Source of the DNA: Octopus vulgaris | Taxonomy: Eukaryota | Assembly: GCA_951406725.2 (NCBI GenBank) | Contig: OX597830.1 | Location: 33,790,001-33,854,000 of the forward strand | Direction: 5' to 3' | Length of the DNA stretch: 64,000 bases | In this document: positions 1-12,964 of the stretch, piece by piece | Layout of the letters: every line of letters begins with the position of its first letter | Position numbering within the stretch: position 1 is the stretch's first letter | Position numbers and translations under genes: made by a program | Notes under the pieces: generated by a model | Databases searched by the model: none | Seen by the model: only the letters and a program-made list of their open reading frames with translations | Told to the model about the DNA's origin: nothing

Positions 1-160
1 GCTGGTGTATTTACATCACCTTAACTTAGCGGTTCAGCAAAAGAGACTAATAGAATAAGTAGTAGGCTTACAAAGAATAAGTCCTGGGGTCAATTTGCTC
101 AACTAAAGACGGTGCTCCAGCATGGCCACAGTCAAATGACTGAAACAAGTAAAAGAGAGA
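1..160 (+). mobile_element. SINE family A, 3' portion
   Basis: Matches the 3' half of full copies at 32167-32575 and 59844-60230 (gctggtgt...cttagcggttcagcaaaagagac...gctccagcatggccacagtcaaatgactgaaacaagtaaaagag). Confidence 0.8.
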
Positions 161-1068
161 GTAACCCAGAGAGGATTTCTTAGGATTGTTGGAAACAAGC
201 TGTTTAGAGCCTTTGGCACAATAAAAATGTACTCAGTCCTTGTTTTAGAGTGTTTAGTGATAGGAAGGGTTTATAGCTATGGATATAGTGTTGAATAAAA
301 GAAGGAATAAATGGATGTTGCACTGTATAGAGAGGACTGTTTAGCTTTTGTTGGAAATGACCTGTCTTGGAGAAGGAAAGGAAGAGGTTAATATTCTGTG
401 TTGCTGTGTGTACAAGTCAGATTATGAAGGACCAAATGGTGTGGAATGTCATAAGAGAATCGTCCAACCCTGACAGCAGGAGAAGCCCTTTATGAAACGA
501 TGATGATAATGATGATGATGATGATGATTCATAGACACACTCTCTCTCTCTCTCACACACACATACAAATACACACACTTACATGCTCAGGCAGACACAC
601 ATAGTTGCACGCAATCTTAAAGTTGGGAAAAAGATTTTGCAAACAAAAAAAAAATCCAGAAAAGAAACCTATTTAATACAGACAAGAAGGAAAAAAATAT
701 AAGAAAAATTCAATGGAAAACAGTTGCACAAAAATAAAGAAAACCTGAAAAATATTTAAAACAACAACAAAAACCAAAAATATACAACAAAAAAAAACCC
801 TAAAGACTTTCTGCAGTGAGAACAAATGATGAAATGGTGTCATTATACAAACTTCAGTGAAAAACAAAGATGAAAGAAGGAGACGGAACACAAATGAGAC
901 TAAGACAAGGCGAGACTTATCCTCGTCAACATTAAAATAGCAAGATGACGATGAAGACAACAACCAACCAATGGCAGACAATTAATTAAAGACCACAATA
1001 ACAAATACACAAACAAGAAAACTACATTACTCTCTTTTCAAAATAAACAATGTCAAACAACAACACCT

Positions 1069-1101
<33 letters not shown>

Positions 1102-1402
1102 GCAGCAGCAACTTATTTATTTAAAATTAACCAAAAAAAAACAAAAAAAAACAAAAAATTAATTATACTATTCTTACTTTCTGTTTTTAATTATCTGTTT
1201 TGTTTATTTTGTTTGCCATCAATTAATTCTTTTAAACAATATCTTTTCTTTTTGTTGTATTTTTTTTTTCTTGTTTGCTTGCGACATCCCTGCTGTTTCA
1301 TTATGCTTTATATTTTACCTGATCTTGTTGTTGTTGTTATTGTTGTTGTTGCTCTCGCTGATGAGAATGATAACAGTAATAATGGTAATGATGATGATGA
1401 TG

Positions 1403-1450
<48 letters not shown>

Positions 1451-1576
1451 CTAATGATGGGGATGGTGGTGGCAATTTTGTATTTTTATTTACATCATTT
1501 TAAAATTCTATATATTTACTTTTCTTTCCATTTTATTGTTAATTTGTTGTTCTTAGTTTATTTTATTTTATCCCAT

Positions 1577-1608
<32 letters not shown>

Positions 1609-2003
1609 GTTGTTGTTCGAGTGGTGGGAGGTAGTCGTAGTTTAAACTTCTCCCATGTTTCAGTTCAACTCTTCCTTTTACCCCCCACCCCACCCCCGCA
1701 CCACGCCTCATACTTCCTCCAGCCTTCTGACTAATCTCTTGTTCGTTAAATTTTCTCAGACATGCATTTAAAAAGAACAACTTACCCTTACTTACATGCA
1801 TGCACAGATACTTACTTGCATCGATGCACGTACACGCACTTACACACAACATGTGCACACAACACATACACACAACACGTACACACGTGTATATAAACAA
1901 TAGCAGTAAACAATAGAACAGAAAAATCATTAACTTTGATGTTTTTTAACAGCAAGGAGACTGACAATTGTTGGTTCTTTTTCTTCTTGTTGAGCATTTT
2001 TAC

Positions 2004-2062
<59 letters not shown>

Positions 2063-2217
2063 TTATTATTCTTATCATTATTATTATTGTTACTATTATT
2101 ATTGTTGTTGTTATGTTCTCAGTGGTTTCATGCAAGTTTCTACTGCACCATCAGGTGCACCTCCGCATTCTTCAGCTACGTGCAGCATTGTCTTTTGGGA
2201 ATGTAGAACTTTGTGTT

Positions 2218-2369
2218 CTACAACAATTTGTCTTTGAGTATGTGGTTTGTTTTAATTATTTTCTCTTTGTCTTCTAGATGTATGATGGTATGGTTATTTT
2301 TTCCATTTAGATGTAGCACGGTTTTGGAACCTGTTTGTTTGTACAGAGTGTCTCCAATATCCAAGAGTG
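2218..2369 (-). CDS. Candidate terminal coding exon (phase 1), unknown protein
   Basis: Minus strand ttgttgttagacag|CA CTC TTG...; 49 sense codons LLDIGDTLYKQTGSKTVLHLNGKNNHTIIHLEDKEKIIKTNHILKDKLL then TAG. Non-repetitive island; no family recognised. Confidence 0.35.
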
Positions 2370-2561
2370 CTGTCTAACAACAAATACTTTTCAGCAGTCA
2401 TTACATGCCTTCCAGCCATGTGGGCAAGGGTTCAATCTCACTGTACAGCTTCTTGGGCAAGTGTCTTTGACTTTAGCCCCCCAGGCCAATCAAAGCCTCC
2501 TGAGTGGATTTGGTAGATGAAAAACACCAGTTGTATATACCTGAGTGTATGTTTGTCTGTG

Positions 2562-3369
2562 TGTAGCCTTGTTTTGATCTCATGTGTTGATTGTAAAATA
2601 AGCTTCGCTATCATAGAGGTGATTTTGTGTGGCTTCAAGGAAATATTACCTTGCTTGGAAACAGGTGAGGGTTAACAACAGGAAGGGCATCCAGCCATAG
2701 AAAATTTGCCTCAAAAATTTCTTCTTGACCTATGCAAACTTGGAAAAGTGGACATTAAATGATGGTGACAATGGCAAGGAGGTAGATGGAAACTGAAAGA
2801 AACCTGCTGTATTTACTTGAGTGTATGTGTATTTGTGGAGGCACAATGGACCAGTGGTTAGGGCAGTGGACTCGTGGTCGGAGGATCGTGATTTTGATTC
2901 CCTGACCGGGCGTTTTGTGTTTATTGAGCGAAAACACCTAAAAGCTCCACGAGGCTCTGGCAGGGTGTGGTGGCGACCCCTGTTGTACTCTTTTGCCCCA
3001 ACTTCCTCTCACTCTTTCTTCCCGTTTCTTGAGTAATGCAGCGATAGACTGGCATTCCGTCAAGCTGGGGGGAACACATACGCCACAGAAACCGGGAAAC
3101 CAGGCCCATGAACCTGGCTAGGATTGAAAAAGGCTAGAAGAGAAGTATGTATATTTGTTAGTAGCCTTGTTTTGATCTCATGTGTTGATTGGAAAACAAG
3201 CTTCACCATCTTGGAGGTGATTTTGTGTGGCCTCGAGGAAATACTAACTTGCTTGGAAACAGGTAAGGGTTAGCAGCAGGAAGGGCATCCAGCCATAGAA
3301 AATTTGCCTCAAAAATTTATTCTTGACCTAAGCAATCTTGGAAAAGTGGACATTGGTGACAATGGCAAG
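2562..3369 (+). repeat. Local direct duplication (~210 bp: 2562-2778 and 3160-3369) of a SINE/RTE-tail fragment, separated by a SINE
   Basis: Both copies read gtagccttgttttgatctcatgtgttgatt...ggaagggcatccagccatagaaaatttgcctcaaaaattt...ggaaaagtggacatt...ggtgacaatggcaag. Confidence 0.8.
2837..3133 (+). mobile_element. tRNA-derived SINE family C (head type 1, V-domain-like tail)
   Basis: tRNA-like head with A-box (aatggaccagtgg) and B-box-like (gttttgattccc); tail gcgatagactggcattccgtc shared with 25621-25875 and 59303-59548. Confidence 0.75.
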
Positions 3370-3601
3370 CACATAGAATTGTTAGTGTGTTTGGGCAAAA
3401 TACATAGTGACATTTTCTTTCTCCCTAGTTCTTTATATTGTGAGTTAAATTCTTGCTGTGGTGAACTTTGTCTTTCATTCTTTCAAAGAATGAAAGTATC
3501 AGCCAAGGATTGATGTCAATATAATTGACTTACTCCTCTTCTCAAATTGCTGGCCTTATGCCAAAATGGAAACATCATCGTCATCATCATCATCATTACT
3601 A

Positions 3602-3785
3602 TTAAGGTGGCAAGCTGGCAGAATTATTACCGCATCAAGCAAAAAGCTTAATGGCATTTCTTCTGACTTTATGCTCTAAGTTCAAATGCCACCAGCGTTG
3701 ACTTTGCCTTCATCTTTTCAGAGTCAATGTAATAAACCATTCTCCCTATTCGCAAATTTCAGGCCTTGTGCCAATAATAGAATGT
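3602..3785 (+). mobile_element. SINE family B
   Basis: Head aaggtggcaagctggcagaa...gttcaaat...gactttgccttcatc; shared with copies at 4333, 9065, 13680, 31835, 48984. Confidence 0.7.
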
Positions 3786-3854
3786 ATTATTATTATTATT
3801 ATCATCATCATCATCATCATCATCATCATTATTATTATTATTATTATTATTATT

Positions 3855-4031
3855 GCCTTTGCACAGCTTCTAACGCTGGAGATGTATTACAGCGTCAGCT
3901 GTTCACTACCAGTGAACTAAGGCAACACCTTATTTTTCGAGCACCTTCTAGAGTATTCGAGCGGTTCCAAGCAGTGCTGTTTTCTACAAGTGCTCCACCC
4001 TTATTGTAGCCCCTATTTGTTCCACATACTT
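3855..4031 (-). mobile_element. 3' end of an R4/Dong-clade non-LTR retrotransposon (5'-truncated, degenerate)
   Basis: Minus-strand translation KYVEQIGATIRVEHL*KTALLGTARIL*KVLEK* matches the LQKxALLGTARILRKVL C-terminus of REL-endonuclease LINEs. Short 3'UTR with GTTCACT-acc-AGTGAAC hairpin runs directly into (TAA)n. Confidence 0.75.
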
Positions 4032-4322
4032 TGGGCAAGTGTCTTCTACTATAGCTTTTGGTTGACCAATGCCTTGGAAGAGAATTCAGTTGATGGAAAT
4101 TGTGTGGAAATGTATGTGTTTGTCCCCCACTCTAACCTTAACAACCAGTGTTGGTTTGTTTACATCCATGTAAACTAGCAGTTCAGCAAAAAAGACTGAT
4201 AGGATAAGTACCAGACTCAAAAAAAAAAAGAAAAAGAAACAAAAGGCATTGGGGTTGATTTGTTTGATAAAAGTGGTACCCCAGCATGGCCATAGCTCAC
4301 TGAGTGTAACAAGTAAAAGATA
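4030..4322 (+). mobile_element. SINE family A, 5'-truncated
   Basis: ttgggcaagtgtcttctactatagc...ccagcatggcc...aacaagtaaaaga. Confidence 0.7.
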
Positions 4323-4332
4323 AAAACAAATT

Positions 4333-4536
4333 ATCCTTTCTAATATAGGTACAAGGCCTGAAATTTGCAGGGATTACATAAACTCCAGTACTATACTGGT
4401 ATTTGTTTCATTGACCCTGAAAGGATGAAAGGCAAAGTCGGCCTTGGCAGAATTTGAACTCAGAACGTGAAGACTGATGAAATACCACTAAGCCTTTTTC
4501 CTGGCATGCTAATGATTCTGCCATCTCACCACCTTA
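4333..4536 (-). mobile_element. SINE family B
   Basis: Reverse complement of the family B head and the gcctttcatcctttcagggtcaat central block. Confidence 0.75.
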
Positions 4537-5087
4537 ATTATGTTGAGTCATTTCATCTGTACCTGTCTGCTTTCAGTGGTTGACAGTGGTAGCAGTGTGG
4601 TCGGGGTAGTGGTGATAAAAAACTAACAACAATATTAAAATTCATTGGTCCTGACATAGACACAAGGCCAGGAAACCAGTAGTGAGACAGAACCAATCAA
4701 TTAAACCCTATTCATCTAATCTGTTACTATACTACTTCATTTTTATTGACTCCCAGCAGAATGACAGACAATCCTTGCTTCAACCAGATTTGAACTCAGT
4801 GTGTAAAGATCCACAACAAATACCACTAAGAAACATTTTTTTCCCTGATGCTTTAAGGATGTCGGCAATCTGTTGCTACAATAATAATAGTAATAATAAT
4901 AATAATAATGTTGATAATAATAATAATGATAATAATGTTGATAGAAAAATTATCAAAAGATGACTTCTGACCTGGTTAATTATCTTTCAGTGCGATTAAA
5001 CATGAATGAACATGATTTAACCCAATTTCACATGATGACAGAGAACACAAGTGTGTTGGTTAGCAAATACAAAGTATACAGCTTTTC

Positions 5088-5212
5088 TCAGCACCTTTGG
5101 CTGCAAACTTTAGCTCCAGCAAACATGAGCATTGAATCATAGGAACTTAGCTTACTCTTATCAATCAATCGATGTTGATCATGGAGAGTGGGCTGCTGTC
5201 CATTCAACTGAG
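5088..5212 (-). CDS. Candidate terminal (or internal) coding exon (phase 1)
   Basis: gcttcggtttcag|CT CAG TTG...; QLNGQQPTLHDQHRLIDKSKLSSYDSMLMFAGAKVCSQRC*. An internal donor-like A|gtaagc near 5154 would also splice in frame to the 2369 exon. Confidence 0.35.
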
Positions 5213-5347
5213 CTGAAACCGAAGCACTGATCAATCACTCATGCACATACTATGTGTATATATGTATATATATGTGTGTGTGTGTGTGTATGTGTGTATG
5301 TGTTACACACACACACACATGAAAACAGACAGGTGTATATGTGTGTG

Positions 5348-5402
<55 letters not shown>

Positions 5403-5886
5403 AGCATCCATACACCTAGGTAGACCTCAACGTTTTTTCATGTGCGTTCCATGAATGTGTGTGTGTATGTGTGTGTGTTTATGTATGGATGTACATATGT
5501 ATGTCTAATTGTAAAACGAACTCACATCTCTGTAATGTATTTATTTTTGTATATATATAGAAGTATATATAAGTTTCTCTCTTACTCACTCTTTCCCACT
5601 CTCTCTCTCTGTCTCTGTCTGTATGTCTCTCTCTCTCTCTCTTACTGATTTACAAAGCACATTTATACACACATTCATACACTGACATACGCTCACAGAG
5701 GTAGACACTACTCTGTGTGTTTGTGTGGGAAGAATGATATATGTGTATATACATGTATATGTGCATGTGTGTGTCTGTCTAATTACATACATACATACAT
5801 ATATATATGTATGTATATATACATGTCTAAATATATATATATATATATACATACACACACGCATATGTCTAATTACATACACACAG

Positions 5887-5952
<66 letters not shown>

Positions 5953-6358
5953 TTACATACATACATATATATATATCTCAAATGTGTATATATGTAAAAC
6001 GTATATTTGTAAACATTAGTTCAAGTGTAATTGTGTGTATTGCTGAAATAGGAACACACACACGCTCGCATTTGCGCATGCACACACACACACACTCTCG
6101 CACACACGCAGACAGACAAAGAGTCAATATAAAGCTGCTGTTACATTCATCAATAAAGTCGATGGTGTCTTGGTGATTCTTCCCACCTTACTCAATATTG
6201 ACACAGCACAGCTGGCCTGAATCCATCAACCAATGAAATTGCATCATTATGTTGAGTCATTTCATCTGTACCAGTCTGCCTTCAACGGTTGACACTGGTG
6301 GCAGTGTGGTCGGTGTAGTGGCGATGCTCTGCCAGAGGTCACGGTACCAGTGTTGGTC

Positions 6359-6441
6359 TTAATGGCAGTAGTAGCAGAGTTGGGGATCCTCTTGTGCTTG
6401 TTGGTGTAGGTGGGTAGCGGTGGGGGTTAGTAACGTTGATG
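6359..6441 (-). CDS. Candidate terminal exon (phase 1)
   Basis: aattagaatcag|CA TCA ACG...; STLLTPTATHLHQQAQEDPQLCYYCH*. Weak pyrimidine tract; the phase-2 frame is also open. Confidence 0.2.
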
Positions 6442-6599
6442 CTGATTCTAATTTTCTGGTTAATCCCAGATCATCTCTGATCAAGCAAACCTCTGAGCAA
6501 ATGATTTCTAACAAAACCCCCAAGTGATCATATTTTTTATTTTATTTTTTTTTTTTTGTTTTTCTTCAGACATTGTGTATCTAAGACTAATCTATCCAA

Positions 6600-7072
6600 T
6601 ATCGTCATCGGCATCATCTTCATCTTCATCAGCGTAGTCATCATCACCGTCGTCGTTGTTGTTATCATCACCATCATCATCATTATCATCGTCATCAACA
6701 TCATCATCATTGTAGTCATCGTAGTCATCGTAGTCATCGTAGTCATCGTAGACATCATCTCCATCGTCATCATCATCACCACTGTCATCATCATCACCAC
6801 CATCACCACCACCACAACCATCATCATCATCATCTTCATCATCACCACCACAACCATTATCAGCATCATCATCACCACCACCATCACTATCACCATCATC
6901 ATCATTCCCACTACCACCACCATCATTATCCTCATCACCATCATCATCAACATCATCACCATCATCATCATCATCACCATCTTCATCATCATAGTCATCG
7001 TCGTCATCGTTATCATCTTCATCACCATCTTCATCATCATAGTTGCCATCATCATCATCATCATCATCACCC
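6600..7072. repeat. Degenerate (CAT/CAC/CGT)n trinucleotide tract
   Basis: Direct inspection; gives poly-I/poly-M artefact ORFs. Confidence 0.95.
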
Positions 7073-7475
7073 TCGTTTAATATCTATGATCAATACTGGT
7101 ATGAATTGTTCAGTTTGATAGGATCTGACAAGACAAAAGACCTGCATCATTCTCAGGTGTGTACCCTGACATGGCTTCAGCACCTGGATGCCATTCCTAA
7201 TTCCAACCATTTTACAGGATATGCTGGTGCTTTTTCTCACAACCTCAACACTAGTGAAGCCACTATGCAATTAGCAGAACAACAATGAACCATGAAGGGT
7301 AACAACAGGTGTCATTTTTTTGACCTTGTATGACAGTAAGACATAATTTGAGAGGAATCTGGTTGCTGCTCCTGAAATGACAAATGACTCCTTTGAATCT
7401 CTCTCATTGGCTCATTGTTGTCTTAGTTAGGCCCAGACTGATTTTGATTTTGTTGAGGATAATAATAGTTATTCT

Positions 7476-7855
7476 GGTGGCACAATGGCCCAGTGGTTAC
7501 GGCAGCGGACTTGCAGTCGTAGGATTGCAGTTTCAATTCCCAGACCGGATGTTGTGAATGTTTATTGAGTGAAAACACTTAAAGCTCCACAAAGCTCTGT
7601 TAGGGGGTACTGGCAAACCCTGCTGTACTCTTTCACCACAACTTTCTCTCACTCTCTCTTCCTGTTTCTGTTGTATTTCAAAGGGGCCAGCCTTTTCACA
7701 ATCTGTGTTACACTGAATCTCCCCAACAACTACATTAAGGGTACACATGTCTGTGGAGTGCTCAGCCACTTGCACGTTAATTTCATGAGCATGCTGTTCC
7801 ATTGATCAGATCAACTGGAACCCTCGTCATCCTAACCAACAGAATGCCACAACAA
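7476..7855 (+). mobile_element. tRNA-derived SINE family C (head type 1, tail type 2)
   Basis: Same head as 2837 (caatggcccagtggtta...tttattgagtgaaaacac), then tgtatttcaaagggccagcc...gtgctcagccacttgcacg...tcaactggaaccctcgtc tail. Confidence 0.8.
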
Positions 7856-8267
7856 TAATGATGATAGCTGTTGTTTGTATCATTTATCGATCCCTAAGTT
7901 GATCTTGATGCCATATTATTCAGACATTGCCATATTGACCCTAATGTGTTTTTTTAATATATATGTCAAGCACCAATTTATCTAATGTATTTTGATTAAT
8001 TTTTAAGAAGGCGAGGTATGATTTAAAGTAGATGTGGTTGTTATTTCTAGCATGCCGAGCAACCACATAAGATACTTTTCTGTTACTTCAACAAAATTGC
8101 CAGGGCTCATTGATATGTTTAGTAGATATGCACTTGCACACATAAACAGAAAGGGATCAGAGAGATCCCTTTTGCTAATGCTTTATCTATGTCCACAAGG
8201 GACAGCTTGTTTGATACTTACTGTATTATACAAGATGTGTGTTTATTGCATGTATAATAGATTCTCG

Positions 8268-8329
8268 CTAAAGTACATATTTTGTGGTAAGCTGGTCTTT
8301 ATAGCTTGCTAAAATGGGTACATGAAACT
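8268..8329 (-). CDS. Candidate terminal exon (phase 1), duplicated
   Basis: ttgcatttttgaagcag|AG TTT CAT...; FHVPILASYKDQLTTKYVL*; AATAAA (plus-strand tttatt 8242-8247) ~20 nt after the stop; highly conserved in copy 2. Confidence 0.4.
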
Positions 8330-8622
8330 CTGCTTCAAAAATGCAATGTAACATAAGACGATTGCATGCCAGGATTAATTAACATCAGGTAGCTCATCGT
8401 TTATCTTGTTCTTGGTAGGGTCATTGGACTGCAACCATGCTGGGACACTAGCTTGGAGGGTTTTTCCTTCAATCAAACAGATCAACCTTAGTACTGATAA
8501 TTATTTGTTTAATCTGATACATATTCCTTCAGTCTCTTTCGCTGAACTACTGAATTATATGGATGTGAACAAACCAACACCAGTTGTCAAAGGGTGGTGG
8601 GCAAATGTAGAAACAAAGATGC

Positions 8623-8745
8623 ATTATTTACATTATTTACGTTATTTACATTTGACTGATATTTGTCCTCATCTTGTTTTGTTGTTAATACAACGTTTCG
8701 GCTGATTTACTCTCCAGCCTTCATCAGGTGTCTTGGGGAAATTCA
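8623..8745 (-). mobile_element. Penelope-like element terminal fragment
   Basis: (attatttac)n + atttgtcctcatcttg...caacgtttcggctga...ccagccttcatcaggtgtcttggggaaatt; same family at 8897, 34853, 53331, 60390. Confidence 0.7.
8687..8732 (-). ncRNA. Minimal type I hammerhead ribozyme motif (PLE-associated)
   Basis: Minus: GACAC-CTGATGA-A-GGCTG(loop)CAGCC-GAAA-CGTT-GTATT. Core intact; one stem I mismatch. Confidence 0.7.
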
Positions 8746-8896
8746 AAATTGTATAAAGATTAATGTTCACATGTGTTCGTCTATATGTATGTATGTGTGA
8801 GTGTTTCTGTGTGTGAGAAACCAAAAAATAAGTGCATATAGTGAATATATCCTCCTCCTCCTCCTCATCATCATCATCATCATCATTTAACGTCCG

Positions 8897-9045
8897 TTAT
8901 TTACATTTGACGTATATTTGTCCTCATCTTGTTTGTTGTTAACACAACGTTTCAGCTGATATACCCTCCAGCCTTCATCAGGTGCCTCAGAGAAATTTCA
9001 AACCTGGGTTCTCATTCCTAAGGTATTTTTTGATGTTATTATTAT
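8897..9045 (-). mobile_element. Penelope-like element fragment with hammerhead motif (8941-8986)
   Basis: Minus: GGCAC-CTGATGA-A-GGCTG..CAGCT-GAAA-CGTT-GTGTT. Confidence 0.7.
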
Positions 9046-9064
9046 TGAATTGTTACTAATAGCA

Positions 9065-9627
9065 TTTTCTACTAAAGGCACAAGGCCTGAAATTACATCT
9101 GCACCAGTATTCCACTGGTACTCAATTTATTGACCCTGAAAGGATAAAAGGCAAAGCCAACCTCGGCAGAGTTTCAGCTCAGAATGAAAGAACAGGTGAA
9201 ATACTGCTAAGCATTTCGCTTGTCATGCTAACAATTCTGCCAGCTCGCTGCCTTGACAAAAACCATAATAACAAAATGATGTTAACAATAATGGTTTCAA
9301 ATTTTGGTGCAAAGCCAGCAATTTTAGGGTAAGGTGTAAGTCTATTACAAAGGCCCCAGTACTCAAATGGTACTTATATTATTGACCCCTGCTAAAGGAT
9401 AAAAGATAAAGTTGACCCTGACAATAATGGTTTCAAATTTTGGTGCAAAGTCAGCAATTTTAGGGGAAGGTGTAAGTTTATTACAAAGGCCCCAGTACTC
9501 GAATGGTACTTATTTTATTGACCCCTGCAAAAGGATAAAAGATAAAGTCGACCCTGGCAAAATTTGAACTCAGAAAACCTAAGCATTTTGTGGAGTGTGC
9601 TAGCAGTTTCGCTGGCTTGCTGCCTTA
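9065..9627 (-). mobile_element. Two SINE family B copies; the second has an internal 136-bp tandem duplication (9285-9420 / 9421-9556)
   Basis: Family B blocks ggtact...attgaccc...aaaggataaaag repeated; the acaataatggtttcaaattttggtgcaaag unit occurs twice head-to-tail. Confidence 0.8.
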
Positions 9628-10041
9628 ATGTTGTCAACAATAATGCTAATAAGCATCATGATGACGATGATGATGATAATGATGATGATGATGATGATGA
9701 TGATGACGATGATAAATATATTGATGTCATTGTTTATTAATCAGATGGATGAGGATGCTGGTGATGATGATGATAGATATGTTGATGTCAATGTTTAATA
9801 ATTATAATGCTGCAACTGCTGCTGCTGTTTAATAATCATATTAATGCTGCTGATAATATTAGTGATGATGATGATGATGATGTCGAAGATGATGATGATG
9901 ATAACAACAGCAATAATGTCAGAAAGAGCAGCAATATTTAATAAAGTTCTTATTTATATGTTTATATATTTATTTATCTGTTTTTCTTTCCCTTTTCTTT
10001 TGCTTCTTCTCCTCCCATCTTCTTTTGTATGCTTCTCTCAA

Positions 10042-10154
10042 TTAAGTCGCTAACGAGTAAGCTAATTTGAGAAGGGACAGCAATAATTTCTTCTGTGTGA
10101 CATGTGCAACAGCCTTATGTGGCAGGCGTAACGTATAAAGCAACAGGCACACAC
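10042..10154 (-). CDS. Candidate terminal exon (phase 1)
   Basis: catgtgtgtcag|GT GTG TGC...; VCLLLYTLRLPHKAVAHVTQKKLLLSLLKLAYSLAT*. Unique, CpG-containing island. Confidence 0.25.
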
Positions 10155-10280
10155 CTGACACACATGAAGTATGTGCACACACACACACACACATGCACAC
10201 ACACACACACACACACATACACACACACACATGTGCAAACGCACACACACAACTTTATCAAATACACAACTACACATTTG

Positions 10281-10324
<44 letters not shown>

Positions 10325-10979
10325 CATATATATATATACATATATATATGTATGTACGTACACATACACACATCACCTTACTCTCACTCGTCTGTGTGTG
10401 TGTGTGTTTGCTTGTGTGTGTATGCCTGTATGCATGTGTGTATGCATGTAAGGCTTTCACAATATACAGTACATAGTCATGCAAACCACCTTCACCACCA
10501 CCACCACCACCACCACCAATACCATCACCATCACAACCAATCTCTCCCCCTCTCCCACGTTCACTCGGTCTCTGACTGCCTGGCTGACTGACTGTCTGTC
10601 TCTTTCTCAATACACAGACTGACTGAAACTGAAGACATGTTCACACACACACATACACACACACATCATCATCATCATCATCATCGTCATCGTCATCGCT
10701 TTAACATCTACTTCTTAATCCTAGCACGGAGGCAGACCAAATTCATTGAAGTGGATTTTCTATGCCAGGATGCTCTTCCTGTCACCAACCCCCATCCCTG
10801 TTTCCAATTAAACTAATACATCCCCTGGCCAGGCATGTTTTCATAGCAGACAGGAAACTAATGATAATGGCCCTGTTAGTGCATACATGTGTGTATATAT
10901 ATATACATACACACACACGCATATATATATATATCTACACATATATATGTGTGTGTGTGTATGTCTGTGTCGTTTATCT

Positions 10980-11200
10980 CTTATCTTTTATGCATTTCAG
11001 TTATTAGACTGTAACCATGCTGGAGCACCACCTTGAAGGGTTTTATTAGTCAAACAAATCTATCTCAGGACTTATGTTTTACTATGTCTAGTACTTATTC
11101 CATCGATCTCTTTAGGCAAACTGTTAAGTTACAGGAACATAAACACTCCAACACCGGTTGTCAAGTGGTGGTTGGGGACAAACACAGACACAAAGACACG
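10980..11200 (-). mobile_element. SINE family A, 3' half
   Basis: ccatgctggagcacc...ctgttaagttacaggaacataaacac...ggttgtcaag. Confidence 0.7.
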
Positions 11201-11652
11201 TATACTCACACACTCACACACACACACACACACATTCACACACACACACACTCACACACATACACACACACATTTTGCTTAGGCATAGTTATACTAATAA
11301 CCACATGTGTAAATTCAACATAGAAATGTTTCAAACTAAAGCATTAGGCAATTGCAGAGCATAATATGAAATTATGTATGTGTGTCTCGTTATGGCTTAA
11401 CAGCCCTTACCTTTTGTTTTTACTGTTTTGTTCTCACTGTCCTGCTTTTGTCACCACTTTAACCCTCCACAAATCCCAATTTTTTCTGAATTTGCTTTAC
11501 GGGAATAACTGTTTTAATGAAGTCGCGTCTTGTCCCTACATTTGAAAAACAGGGGACAACTGATGAAGGGAATGTTCTTTATACTGTCTGTCTCGTTTCT
11601 CATTTTGTTCATTGTTTTTGACATCCTGTACCCATATATGCATGTATATATA

Positions 11653-11875
<223 letters not shown>

Positions 11876-12964
11876 TTGTTGTCACTGACTGGGGCAGTTT
11901 ATTTTTGGCATTATTACACTCCTGAAAAAGGCAATGAGCTGGCAGAATGGTAAGCACACTGGATGAAATGCTTAGCAGTATTTCACCCATTGCTCCATTC
12001 TGAGTTCAAATAATGAGAAATCTTGACAATACATGATAGTTAAGCACTTATCTATGAGTGTTGTACTCCTTGCTGTTTTGCCTGTTGAGATTAGTTTGCA
12101 TCATTTTGTCCCATTTCTTCACTAAACTGTCACCCAGCATGTACTGGGTGCTTTGTCTGTGGCACCAACACTAGTGAGATTATGCTGCAGCTTGTAAGAA
12201 ACATGAAAATTCTTTTTAAATGAGTGGGGCTTTAGTGAAGAAGGAGATGGTTTTTTTCCATACCAGGGGAGGTTTCTTGTTGTAAAGGAGAAATATGACT
12301 TCTAGCACAATAAAAGAGAGGGTGGGAAATGATGTAGGTGGGACTGGAATGAGATAAAAATGAGGATGAGGTGTCAGGGAAGACCCTTAATGTACAAGAT
12401 GAATACAAGTAACTGGAAACAGGAGAACTGGGTGTGAGTGTGGATATAGACTGCAAGAGTGTATTAGAAAGTGAGAGATGGTTAGAAATGGGGAATGACT
12501 GAAAGGGGTCAATTTAATGAATAAGTGTTAAAGGAGGATTAGTAATGAAGGTGGGGGAGAGTAGGTAAACCTGTAGAAATAGGAGTGTATGTAGTATATA
12601 GTAAGGGGTGGGAGTGACTAATGATATATTAATCCTATTCTGTGGGTGGTAAGGGAAAGTAGATAATTGAGAGTGCAGAAAAGAAAGGTAAAGAACAGCA
12701 GAATAACAATAGCGATGCAGTAGACAGGAGAGAAATGAAAGAAGATGGAAAAACAAAAATTATAGATTAACAGTCAGACGGTAGGTGGTTGTGTAGGTTA
12801 AAAGAGTGTGGGGATAGAAGCAGGTATAATGAATGGGAAGAGTGGGAGGTGTACGGGGGTAGAGAAAGAGAGATAATTTAGTGGCTCTGGAGAGTGATTA
12901 ATGTAAAAAAAAAAGGTGGAAAGGACAGCGTTCAAGATTAAGATGGATATTAAGTGAAATGGCT

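Larger units (their letters stand above)
8094..8895 (+). repeat. Segmental duplication copy 1 (partner 34325-35102)
   Basis: Colinear near-identity over ~800 bp, including unique sequence, a SINE A fragment and a Penelope-like fragment. Confidence 0.95.

Noticed and set aside
2299-2330. Homeobox-like FQNRATSKWKK* on the minus strand
   Set aside because: Spacing is one residue off WFQNRRxKWKK, it stops at once, and no helix 1-2 exon is seen; another frame is far longer.
2837-2910. tRNA gene
   Set aside because: The tRNA-like part is a SINE head continuing into a repeat body; no full cloverleaf or T-run terminator.
6298-6312. miR-34-like TGGCAGTGTGGT; also let-7-like (26039) and miR-29-like (20051) starts
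   Set aside because: Only 9-12 nt match and no precursor hairpin.
8034-8312. Plus-strand 92-aa and 71-aa ORFs in the duplicated block
   Set aside because: No ATG or splice context; the minus-strand reading has an acceptor and poly(A) signal. Not fully excluded.
9285-9556. CRISPR-like or functional tandem array
   Set aside because: Only two 136-bp units inside a SINE; a simple local duplication in eukaryotic DNA.
10085-10135. Plus-strand FCVTCATALCG (B-box-like) and CDMCNSLMW (C1-like)
   Set aside because: Incomplete ligand sets, adjacent stops, and no convincing splice sites.
11560-11580. CTGATGAAG in a TA-flanked island
   Set aside because: No downstream stem II and GAAA.
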